In this document: one piece after another, positions 10,380-17,976 of the stretch
Layout of the letters: the number at the start of each line of letters is the position of its first letter
Numbering within the stretch: position 1 is the stretch's first letter
IMG/VR virus record: IMGVR_UViG_3300025389_000067
Span: 1 to 32,082 of that record
Direction: 5' to 3' (one strand)
Length of the DNA: 32,082 bases
Origin: a virus
Taxonomy: Duplodnaviria > Caudoviricetes
Program-made: the position numbers and the translations under genes
Notes under the pieces: model-generated
What the model saw: only the letters and a program-made list of their open reading frames with translations
Told to the model about the DNA's origin: nothing
The model's database searches: none

Positions 10380-12473
10380 ATGTTACAAGGTATTCTCCCA
10401 AATGGCAGACAACAATTTATAGATTCAAATGGAAATCCTTTGGCTAGTGGATCTGTTTATTACTATATTCCATCAACAACAACATTTAAAACAACTTATC
10501 AAGATGATTTAGGAACTACTCCTAATACAAATCCAGTTGTTTTAGATGCTAATGGACAATGTATTGCTTATGGAAATGGATCTTATCGTCAGCAAGTTAA
10601 AGATGTAAACGGAAATTTAATTTGGGATGTACAAATTGATGCTCCTGCAAGCCAACTTGATTTAACAACATTTGAAAATAATTTAGCATCTCAAAATTCT
10701 ACTTTATCAGGCTCTACTTTAGTAGGTTTTTATCAAGGATCAACAGGTTCTGCTGGAAGAACATTACAGAATAAACTTAAAGATTTTGTTAGCGTTTTAG
10801 ATTTTGGAGCAGATCCAACTGGTACTAATGATAGTTATGCAGCAATTCAAGCTGCAATTGATTCTGTTTGTCCATTAGTAGGAAATTCTGCGGGATTAAG
10901 TGCAGGTGCAGTTTATTTTCCTGCAGGAAATTATTTAATAAATACAACATTAAATTTAACAAATAATAGATTAACAGGGACAAAAAGTAGAGATGGGTTG
11001 ATGTTGTTTGGGGCTGGTGAGGGTTCTGTTATTGTTGGGCAAACCAATACTGGTTATGCAATGATAGAAACAACTGGATCACAATGGCTAACTATTAGAG
11101 ATTTACATTTATCTGCTGGTTCTACAAACCCATCAACTGTTGGAATTTATCAAGGTGTATCTTCTACATTACCTGAAACTCAAAATCAAAAATTTGAAAA
11201 ATTGATTATAGGAATGGGTGATAATTCAAGTGTAAATAATAGTCAGGGAACTATTGGAATTTGGAATTTTGGAGCTGAAGAAAATACATATGATACTTGT
11301 TATGTAGCTGCAAATTTACCTTATGTTTTTACTGCTTATGCAACATCTCCTAATCTTGGAATTTCATATGCTCATAGTTATCAAACATTAGCAACAAGTC
11401 ATAGTTGTGGAGTTAACACTTTAATTGGTGAAAACTTCATGGTTAGTTTAAATTTTGTTAATGCTTGTTTAGTTACAGAAGACGTAAACAGTCTTAATTT
11501 AGAAAATGTTTACATGGCTAATACAGGAGGTACATCAGGTTCTAATATTTATGCTTGGAAAGTATTTGGTAGTTGTTCTGGAGCAAATGGTAATGGAACA
11601 ATTGAAGCCTATGGAACGGCTCTTTACATTATTGGGGTTTTATCTGCAGCAGAATTTAGATTCACATTTGGTAGCATTTCTAATACAAGCGCACCTAGAA
11701 TTGCTATAAATCCTGTTAATTCTTCTGGGGTCATTGTAAATAGTAATATTTCTTTTCATGACAATGTTTCTTCTGCCAGGTCTTTAGTTAATTTTATAAG
11801 TGGTTATCCAACTACACCAGATCAAGTTGTTGGTTCTTATATAGCTAATACGACATTCAAAACTAATGTTGATGCTTCTGGAAACACTTATTTGGCATTG
11901 CCTGAAAATCTTAAATTTAATGCAAGCACAGGAAATGTTGATATTTTTGGTTTTTATGGTGGTAAATCATATAAGTACCAAATTAATTACCAGAGAGACA
12001 ATATTGATATTCCTCCAATAATTTGTTTTCAATCAGGCTCTATTTCTTCAGCAGAAATTTGTAGAGTGCAGATGCCAACAGTTTATGGAAGTAATAATGC
12101 AACCTCTGTATCAGTAAGAGTAAAAGGTAATTTATCAATTAAATCTACTGGTACAAATTCAATGTCTACTAAATACATTGATGCTCAAATATCAATGTCT
12201 AGCAATTATTCAACTGGAACTGTTTATTTTGGCGCAGGAAGCACTACTGGGACTGCAGATCAATTGGTTACAACAACACCAGCTAGTGTTAACGCAAGCG
12301 GTAATAATATAACTGCTGGAGCAATTACTGCATCTTTATCTTCGAATGTTGTTAGTTTGGTAATGACACCAACTTTAGCAGGTGCAAATCAAGAAAATGT
12401 GCAATTCAATGGAACTGCTGAAATGATATGGGCTAATAATATTGCTAGAGCACCATCTTTATTGATTGGATAA
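10380..12473 (+). CDS. Tailspike with head-binding N-terminus and pectate-lyase-like beta-helix
   Basis: 'QFIDSNGNPLASG...TYQD...NTNPVVLDANG' followed by 'VSVLDFGADPTGTNDSYAAIQAAID...VYFPAGNY'. Confidence 0.8.
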   Translation: MLQGILPNGRQQFIDSNGNPLASGSVYYYIPSTTTFKTTYQDDLGTTPNTNPVVLDANGQCIAYGNGSYRQQVKDVNGNLIWDVQIDAPASQLDLTTFENNLASQNSTLSGSTLVGFYQGSTGSAGRTLQNKLKDFVSVLDFGADPTGTNDSYAAIQAAIDSVCPLVGNSAGLSAGAVYFPAGNYLINTTLNLTNNRLTGTKSRDGLMLFGAGEGSVIVGQTNTGYAMIETTGSQWLTIRDLHLSAGSTNPSTVGIYQGVSSTLPETQNQKFEKLIIGMGDNSSVNNSQGTIGIWNFGAEENTYDTCYVAANLPYVFTAYATSPNLGISYAHSYQTLATSHSCGVNTLIGENFMVSLNFVNACLVTEDVNSLNLENVYMANTGGTSGSNIYAWKVFGSCSGANGNGTIEAYGTALYIIGVLSAAEFRFTFGSISNTSAPRIAINPVNSSGVIVNSNISFHDNVSSARSLVNFISGYPTTPDQVVGSYIANTTFKTNVDASGNTYLALPENLKFNASTGNVDIFGFYGGKSYKYQINYQRDNIDIPPIICFQSGSISSAEICRVQMPTVYGSNNATSVSVRVKGNLSIKSTGTNSMSTKYIDAQISMSSNYSTGTVYFGAGSTTGTADQLVTTTPASVNASGNNITAGAITASLSSNVVSLVMTPTLAGANQENVQFNGTAEMIWANNIARAPSLLIG

Positions 12474-12475
12474 AA

Positions 12476-12664
12476 ATGATATTACAACTTCTTAAATCTC
12501 GAACAGTTTTATTTGCTTTGTTTTTGGCAATATTGTCAATTTTGCAAGGTTATGTAAATTTGTTGCCTCTAAGCCCTGTAGACCAGATGTTTGTAGGGAT
12601 TGCAATATCTGTTGTTGTAACTTTGCTTAGAATAGTCACAACTCAGCCCATTTCTGAAAAATAA
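12476..12664 (+). CDS. Small two-TM membrane protein, putative holin
   Basis: 62 aa, two hydrophobic segments, at the start of the lysis block. Confidence 0.6.
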   Translation: MILQLLKSRTVLFALFLAILSILQGYVNLLPLSPVDQMFVGIAISVVVTLLRIVTTQPISEK

Positions 12665-12678
12665 ACAGGTAGAAAATC

Positions 12679-12855
12679 ATGCCAGAATTAGACCCCAACA
12701 TCACAAAAGACGCAGTAAAAGAAGCCTTGAAAGAATGGCTTAATGAACAGTTTGCTGCATTTGGTAAGTGGACTTTAACTGGTTTGCTTTCTGCTGCGTT
12801 TGTAGGAATGGTCTATCTTTGGCTTGCAGGGCATGGTTTTTCTGTTAATAAGTAG
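12679..12855 (+). CDS. Small single-TM membrane protein (not in the ORF track)
   Basis: MPELDPNITKDAVKEALKEWLNEQFAAFGKWTLTGLLSAAFVGMVYLWLAGHGFSVNK, 58 aa; AGGT upstream; fills the gap between neighbours. Confidence 0.75.
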   Translation: MPELDPNITKDAVKEALKEWLNEQFAAFGKWTLTGLLSAAFVGMVYLWLAGHGFSVNK

Positions 12856-12864
12856 GAGAAAATC

Positions 12865-13353
12865 ATAGACCCCTTTACTTTAGCAATGATGGCTTTGGGA
12901 GCAGTAAAGTCAGGTGTTGCATTTTACAAGGAAGCTAAATCGGTTGGTAAAGAGGCCGTTGGAGTTATTACTGAAATTGCAGACGGTCTGGGTTCTTTCT
13001 TTGAACATCAGGAAAAGGCTATTGCTCATGCTAAAGAAATTGAGAAAAATCCGCCTAAAAACAAAAGTCTTCAAGCAATTGCACTTGATAACGTCCTTAG
13101 AAGAAAACGACTTGAACAAGCAGAATACGATCTTAGACAAATGCTTATTTATGAGTCTCCTCCCGAACTCCAAGATTTGTGGACTCAGTTTCAGGCTGAA
13201 CGAACAAAGTTAATGGCAGACAAAGTTAATTTTGATAAAGCTCAAAAAAAAAGGATGAACGAGAGGCCAGAGAACGCAAAGAGGCCAGAGATGTATTTCA
13301 ATTTAGACTGGTGGTATGCGCTGCAATACTTGTCTTTGCACTCACTTGCATAG
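12865..13353 (+). CDS. Coiled-coil protein of the lysis block, frame-0 product (start ATA 12865 or ATG 12886)
   Basis: AGGAG at 12854-12858 lies 6 nt before ATA-GAC-CCC-TTT ('xDPFTLAMM'); A9 run at 13244-13252. Confidence 0.65.
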   Translation: MDPFTLAMMALGAVKSGVAFYKEAKSVGKEAVGVITEIADGLGSFFEHQEKAIAHAKEIEKNPPKNKSLQAIALDNVLRRKRLEQAEYDLRQMLIYESPPELQDLWTQFQAERTKLMADKVNFDKAQKKRMNERPENAKRPEMYFNLDWWYALQYLSLHSLA

Positions 13354-13508
13354 GGTTGATGTATTACATTGACCAGGATTACAAAAAAAGTCTTGTCGGA
13401 GACCCTGCAATCATTCGTTTTAAAGAAAAATTTGAGATTAATTCAAAAGAAATTGAATGTTTAAAGATTTTTCACGAGACTGGTTATTTGCCTAAATATT
13501 GTTCTTAA
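13251..13508 (+). CDS. -1 frame continuation of the preceding gene (charged helix, TM segment, Cys-containing tail)
   Basis: Open from the A9 run: KDEREARERKEARDVFQFRLVVCAAILVFALTCIGLMYY...YCS; contains track ORF 13311..13508. Confidence 0.6.
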   Translation, partial: KDEREARERKEARDVFQFRLVVCAAILVFALTCIGLMYYIDQDYKKSLVGDPAIIRFKEKFEINSKEIECLKIFHETGYLPKYCS

Positions 13509-13517
13509 GGGGTTTAC

Positions 13518-14015
13518 ATGGATTGGTTAAAAAGCATTGCACCTACAATATTTACTGCTATTGGTGGGCCTCTGGGTGGTCTAGCATACGAAGCGGTTTC
13601 TAAAGTTTTGGGAGTCTCTCAGGATGACGCTAAAAAGATGCTCGATGAAGGCAAGTTATCGTCTGATCAAATAGCGCAAGTTAAGGTTGCAGAGCTTGAA
13701 CTAAAGAAAACTGAAGAACAATTAGGTCTTAACTTTGAACAATTAGCGGTTGAAGACAGAGCGTCTGCTAGAAATATGCAGATGAACACGCATTCATTTT
13801 TAGTTCCAACTCTTGCATTGATCATTGTTGCTAGTTTTATTGCGACTATCTTTGGGACTTTGATGGGTTATTCGCATATTGAGTCGGCTATGGCAGGCAC
13901 TCTTGTTGGTTATTTGTCAGCCAAGGCCGAACAAGTTGTAGCTTTTTACTTTGGTAGTAGCGCAGGAAGTCAGAAAAAGGATGAAATGCTGCACAACTCA
14001 ACACCAATAAAATGA
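13518..14015 (+). CDS. Holin-like membrane protein (glycine-zipper N-terminus, two C-terminal TM segments)
   Basis: 'IAPTIFTAIGGPLGGLA', 'DRASARNM' and 'VVAFYFGSSAGS'; overlaps the endolysin start (ATGA). Confidence 0.7.
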   Translation: MDWLKSIAPTIFTAIGGPLGGLAYEAVSKVLGVSQDDAKKMLDEGKLSSDQIAQVKVAELELKKTEEQLGLNFEQLAVEDRASARNMQMNTHSFLVPTLALIIVASFIATIFGTLMGYSHIESAMAGTLVGYLSAKAEQVVAFYFGSSAGSQKKDEMLHNSTPIK

Positions 14016-14461
14016 ACTATTCTAAAGACGGATTAAAGTTAACTGAACAATTTGAAGGTTGTAAGCTCCAGGCTTACCCAGACCCTGCAACTGGTGGAGC
14101 ACCTTGGACAATTGGTTATGGTCACACAGGTGCAGACGTATTCCACAGTCTTTTAATTACCCAAGAAGAAGCCGAAAAACTGCTGTTACAGGATGTTCAA
14201 AAGGCAGTTGATCACGTTAATAGTAAACTTAAAATTGAGGTCACACAGGGCGAATTTGACGCATTGGTGGACTTTGCTTTTAATTGCGGATGTCGTAACC
14301 TGGATACTTCAACTTTACTTAAAAAAGTAAATGAGGGAGACCATGAGGGCGCAGCAGCAGAGTTTTTAAAATGGGACATGGCAGGTGGTCATGTCATGGC
14401 TGGTCTACTTAGAAGAAGGCAAGCGGAGGCAGCGTTGTTTTTATCAGACATAGCAAAATGA
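14012..14461 (+). CDS. Endolysin, GH24 phage lysozyme
   Basis: 'FEGCKLQAYPDPATGGAPWTIGYGHT' contains the E-D-T catalytic triad; also 'FDALVDFAFNCG' and 'GLLRRRQAE'. Confidence 0.95.
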   Translation: MNYSKDGLKLTEQFEGCKLQAYPDPATGGAPWTIGYGHTGADVFHSLLITQEEAEKLLLQDVQKAVDHVNSKLKIEVTQGEFDALVDFAFNCGCRNLDTSTLLKKVNEGDHEGAAAEFLKWDMAGGHVMAGLLRRRQAEAALFLSDIAK

Positions 14462-14667
14462 ATGATCTTGCAGATGACGCTCACTTTACCGAGGAATTGC
14501 ACCGAGAATCTGCACTTAATAAGATTAGAAAACGAGCAAAACCTAAATATACGGGCTTTTGTTTAACTTGTAATGATGTTAGTAAACCCAACTCACAGTT
14601 TTGTTCTAAAGACTGCCAAGAAGATCAAGAACTGATTATTCGGATTGGACGAATAAAAGGTAATTAA
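14458..14667 (+). CDS. TraR/DksA-like zinc-finger protein
   Basis: N-terminal DxxDxA ('DLADDA'), a helix, then CLTC...CSKDC. Confidence 0.7.
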   Translation: MNDLADDAHFTEELHRESALNKIRKRAKPKYTGFCLTCNDVSKPNSQFCSKDCQEDQELIIRIGRIKGN

Positions 14668-15173
14668 TTGTTTTTCTCTTTCGATTTAGCTTCTATTGCT
14701 TTGGCAAAATGAACAAATGGTTGGTTGTTTAAAACTGCATGTTTTCCATTATCTATAAACATTGATTTTTTCCAAATTTCAAATATTTCATCATCAGTTA
14801 ACCCTACCCATTCTTTATTACCTATAAACTTTTCAGCACATGATAAGCAATACAGCGCATACCCACCGCAATTTCCACATTCATCACACTTTTTAGTTTG
14901 TGGTGTTGTGTTAGAAAATAACCATTCATTCATCATTTTTCCAACGTCCGCCCAATTAACAGCATGACGTTCAATTAAATGCCAAGCAATTGCACCATCC
15001 ATTCCTTTCCAATTTTGACTATTATTTTCAATTATTGCCACAGGCATATCCTGCTCTTGCTTTGATTTCTCTGCTATCAGTTTGGCAAATTCGTATAAAG
15101 GACTCATATTTATGGCTGGATTATCCCAACCACATTTTTTAGCCATATCAATTATTTCTTCTTTAGTCATCAT
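14664..15173 (-). CDS. Hypothetical mosaic phage protein
   Basis: 169 aa with 'MTKEEIIDMAKK' and 'EWVGLTDDEI...FAKAIEAK' segments typical of small early phage proteins; internal Cys cluster. Confidence 0.7.
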   Translation of the reverse strand: MMTKEEIIDMAKKCGWDNPAINMSPLYEFAKLIAEKSKQEQDMPVAIIENNSQNWKGMDGAIAWHLIERHAVNWADVGKMMNEWLFSNTTPQTKKCDECGNCGGYALYCLSCAEKFIGNKEWVGLTDDEIFEIWKKSMFIDNGKHAVLNNQPFVHFAKAIEAKSKEKNN

Positions 15174-15276
15174 AAGCCCCTGCTAAATACAAAATAAACA
15201 AGAACGCACCTGTTGTTATCATTCCAGCTAACATCATCACAGTTGCAAAAATACAAGCATCAATTAGTGCGTTCAT
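15163..15276 (-). CDS. Small membrane protein (not in the ORF track)
   Basis: MNALIDACIFATVMMLAGMITTGAFLFILYLAGAYDD, 37 aa; GGAG upstream; fills the gap. Confidence 0.6.
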   Translation of the reverse strand: MNALIDACIFATVMMLAGMITTGAFLFILYLAGAYDD

Positions 15277-15293
15277 GTCGTTTTCTCCAAAGT

Positions 15294-15710
15294 TTAGAAT
15301 GGTATGTCCGAGTCCAAGTCATCAAAACCCGATCTATTAACGGCAGGTTTTGAATTAGTTTGGGCAGGTTTATTATTGTCGGTTTTTTCCCCTCCGAGCA
15401 AGCGGATCGTATCAGCCTTAACGTGGGTTGAGGTTTTTTCGACACCATTCTTGTCCGTATATTTCTGAGTTACAAGCGAACCTTGGATAAAAACCATTTT
15501 CCCAGATTTTATGTATTTCTCAGCAATTTCGGCTAATTTACCAAAACAAGTGACGTTGTGCCACTCGGTTTTAGTCATCATTTCCCCAGACTTATCCCTC
15601 CATTTTTCGGAGGTTGCAACCGAGAAATTGGCAACCAGGTCTCCAGATGGCATGGCTCTTATCTGGGGGTCTTTGCCAACATTACCGATAACTTGAATTT
15701 GATTGAACAT
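15294..15710 (-). CDS. ssb: Single-stranded DNA-binding protein
   Basis: 'NQIQVIGNVGKDP...ATSEKWRDK...TEWHNV' and an acidic tail ending DIPF. Confidence 0.95.
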   Translation of the reverse strand: MFNQIQVIGNVGKDPQIRAMPSGDLVANFSVATSEKWRDKSGEMMTKTEWHNVTCFGKLAEIAEKYIKSGKMVFIQGSLVTQKYTDKNGVEKTSTHVKADTIRLLGGEKTDNNKPAQTNSKPAVNRSGFDDLDSDIPF

Positions 15711-15873
15711 TTGATTCCTTTTCTATTTCGTCTGCTAAAAGTTTAAATTGCACCGATGTAAAAAGATTAGACCAATGCAAAATTTCATGTTTGCCTAAAT
15801 ACTCATAAGCAACTGTTAAAAAATACCACTCTAAATGCCTGAGTTCGTAGTAATTTAATTTACTTGTGTCCAT
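15682..15873 (-). CDS. Hypothetical protein
   Basis: 63 aa ORF bridging the exonuclease and ssb, with short overlaps at both ends. Confidence 0.5.
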   Translation of the reverse strand: MDTSKLNYYELRHLEWYFLTVAYEYLGKHEILHWSNLFTSVQFKLLADEIEKESNVQSNSSYR

Positions 15874-16627
15874 TTTTTGTCTGCCAAAATTGAAGTAAGT
15901 TTTTAAACATTAACCAACCCTTTTCTAATTCTTCCTGAGTCCATTTGTGAAGGACAACAAGGCCAGGGTTGGTGCGAGATACAAAAGCATTGGCGCACTC
16001 AGCATGGGGCAGTCCAAGGCCAACTCGGTACGCTGCGAGTTGCATCAAGTGTTCGTCATACCCAACAATCTTGTCTCCAACGTCAAATTCCTTAGTCTTA
16101 ACGTCAATTACAACCCCTCGATCGGTCTTAGTGTGTAAGTCGGTTTTACCTCCAAATCCGTCCTCATGGGCAAAAGACATTTCAGGAATCCAAATCTGGG
16201 AAGCATAGTGTTCACGCATAAGATTGTCAAAAGATTGGCAATGTTCTTGATGCGCCCCATAACCTCGTCCCTCATAAAATCCTTGGATTGACGCATGGAT
16301 TTCAGTCCCGCGGTTGGCAGCCTCCTTGCCCTCCTCCTTAGAATCGGACATGATCCTAGCAATCCATTCTTCCTCGGTCTCCTCCGCACGTTTGGGAAGG
16401 GTTAGCGCAGCCATAAGTACCTGGCGTTGCAACCAGACGTTTAATGCAGGCTTGGCAGCGACATTCAGAATGGTTGTGACGGATGGGACAAGGTTCATTG
16501 TCCGAGCGTCTCTGAGCGTTGTGTTGCGCTCTTTGCCGTTCTTACCAATGACGGTGTACTGTGGGTTTCCTTGTCGGTCATACCAATGTTGTGACTCGGA
16601 TGCTCTGGTTTCGTTTTGTGTTGTCAT
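15860..16627 (-). CDS. PD-(D/E)XK (Cas4/RecB-like) exonuclease
   Basis: 'PSVTTIL', 'RGTEIH', 'GGKTDL...VIDVKTK' and 'QLAAY'; adjacent to ERF and SSB. Confidence 0.85.
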   Translation of the reverse strand: MTTQNETRASESQHWYDRQGNPQYTVIGKNGKERNTTLRDARTMNLVPSVTTILNVAAKPALNVWLQRQVLMAALTLPKRAEETEEEWIARIMSDSKEEGKEAANRGTEIHASIQGFYEGRGYGAHQEHCQSFDNLMREHYASQIWIPEMSFAHEDGFGGKTDLHTKTDRGVVIDVKTKEFDVGDKIVGYDEHLMQLAAYRVGLGLPHAECANAFVSRTNPGLVVLHKWTQEELEKGWLMFKNLLQFWQTKNGHK

Positions 16628-17265
16628 GCTAATCCCCCTAATTTTGATTTCAATAAGTCTTTTGCTTTGATGGTTGCCACTTTGTAAGTTTCATGGTTTA
16701 CGCAGTATTTGTAAGCAGCCTTAAAAGCCTTTTCTAGTTCTTCAAGGTTTTGGCAGTTTCCAATTGCAGTAATCAAGTCGGCAGCTACTGATTCGTTGAA
16801 TTCAGGTTGCTGAACATTTGTAATACGCTTGGGGGTTACTTGATGCGTATGAGCATCTGCATCATTGTCCCCCTCAGTTGGTATTGCAAAGGTTTGAAAT
16901 GCAGCATATTTATAAGCTGCACTCATAGCTTTATTTGTGGCCTTGTCTCCAGAATCCATTGCTTCACCAAATGTTTTAACAGTATGCTTAGAGCCATCTT
17001 CAGCAGCCACAAAATCAAATTCAGCTTCTACGGTTACATAGAAAAGCGGTTTTCCTGCTGCGCTAATGCGTTCATCACAAATTCTGGTCAACATTCTTGG
17101 AAGAATGCAAAGTCCATGTTCAGCCAATAAAGGTGATATTGCGTTGTAAACATCATCAATTCCCCTAAATTTGTAAGTTGCTCCTTGAGAATTTGTACGG
17201 TCTTTGGCAATACCACTTTTAGATAAAGCCAATTGAATAGCATTGATTGATTTATAAACTTTCAT
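16624..17265 (-). CDS. ERF-family single-strand annealing protein
   Basis: 'YKFRGIDDVYNAISPLLAEHGL' and 'GEAMDSGDKATNKAMSAAYKYA...IPTEGDNDAD'; likely start ATG 17265 (MKVYK). Confidence 0.9.
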   Translation of the reverse strand: MKVYKSINAIQLALSKSGIAKDRTNSQGATYKFRGIDDVYNAISPLLAEHGLCILPRMLTRICDERISAAGKPLFYVTVEAEFDFVAAEDGSKHTVKTFGEAMDSGDKATNKAMSAAYKYAAFQTFAIPTEGDNDADAHTHQVTPKRITNVQQPEFNESVAADLITAIGNCQNLEELEKAFKAAYKYCVNHETYKVATIKAKDLLKSKLGGLA

Positions 17266-17348
17266 ACTTGCGCCCCAGTTAAATATCCAATAATAAAAAT
17301 AAAAATAATGATGCAACCGTAAACAACGATTTTGTCTTCTTTATCCAT
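17262..17348 (-). CDS. 28-aa single-TM peptide (not in the ORF track)
   Basis: MDKEDKIVVYGCIIIFIFIIGYLTGAQV; overlaps the upstream stop (TAATG) and the ERF start (ATGA). Confidence 0.6.
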   Translation of the reverse strand: MDKEDKIVVYGCIIIFIFIIGYLTGAQV

Positions 17349-17548
17349 TATTTGTACTCCTTAATGGGTGGATACTTAGCATCAAGTTCAAGCCCACGAA
17401 TAAACTTGATTAGTTCAGCCTGGGAGTTGATTTTGTGTCCTGTATAGTCATGGACAAGGTTTAAGACCGATTTGATACCATCTTGGTAACCGTCTTTGTA
17501 GTGATCCAAATTGTCTTTGGAAGGGAGAATGTTATGTTCCATCTTCAA
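17348..17548 (-). CDS. Hypothetical protein, first gene of the leftward operon
   Basis: 66 aa with AAGGA upstream; start TTG 17548 or ATG 17542. Confidence 0.65.
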   Translation of the reverse strand: MKMEHNILPSKDNLDHYKDGYQDGIKSVLNLVHDYTGHKINSQAELIKFIRGLELDAKYPPIKEYK

Positions 17549-17596
17549 TTTTCCTTAGTTAAAAATGACGTACAGGTTTGTAGCGTCTGAGTTTAT

Positions 17597-17614
17597 TGTA
17601 AGGCTATTTTGACA
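17597..17614. promoter_or_regulatory. Operator-like imperfect palindrome overlapping a leftward -10 box
   Basis: TGTAAG-gctatt-TTGACA; TACAAT on the minus strand at 17595-17600. Confidence 0.55.
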
Positions 17615-17649
17615 AAAAAAGAACAATTTACAAAATATTTTTAATTAAT

Positions 17650-17678
17650 TTGAATATTTGTCAGTTTTAACTTACAAT
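17650..17678 (+). promoter_or_regulatory. Sigma70-like promoter of the Cro-like gene with embedded operator
   Basis: TTGAAT-17 nt-TACAAT; palindrome TGTCAG-ttttaa-CTTACA at 17659-17676. Confidence 0.65.
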
Positions 17679-17684
17679 TACCGA

Positions 17685-17852
17685 ATGGAAAAAGAAACGG
17701 CAATCAGATTAGCAGGCAGCGCAAGTAAACTCGCAAGGCTCCTTGGAGTCAGTCGGCAGAGCGTATTTGCTTGGAAGACTCTGCCAGAGGGTAGAGTTTG
17801 GCAATTAAAAGTATTGCGTCCAGATTGGTTTGACGAAATAAAAAGGTTTTAA
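17685..17852 (+). CDS. Cro/YdaS-like HTH regulator
   Basis: 'AIRLAGSASKLARLLGVSRQSVFAW...LPEGRVWQL'; first gene at the divergence point. Confidence 0.85.
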   Translation: MEKETAIRLAGSASKLARLLGVSRQSVFAWKTLPEGRVWQLKVLRPDWFDEIKRF

Positions 17853-17976
17853 GTGAAATTTGATGAAATGGACTTTTTTTGTCTTTATTTTTTAATTGAA
17901 TACGATCAACCTTGGTTTTTATGGTTTTTTTGGATAATTATTATTTATTTAAGGAAAATTTAATGTATACTTTTAA

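Noticed and set aside
2208-12473. Diversity-generating retroelement or invertible tail cassette
   Set aside because: No reverse transcriptase or invertase, and no template/variable repeat pair noticed.
12914-13213. 99-aa alternative-frame ORF as a nested Rz1-like spanin
   Set aside because: No lipobox or signal peptide and no ribosome-binding site.
15860-16627. Cas4-like nuclease as evidence of a CRISPR system
   Set aside because: No repeat-spacer array or other cas genes seen; the ERF/SSB context indicates recombination.
16314-17130. Antisense ORFs of 118 and 107 aa over the exonuclease and ERF genes
   Set aside because: Shadow frames of well-supported genes.
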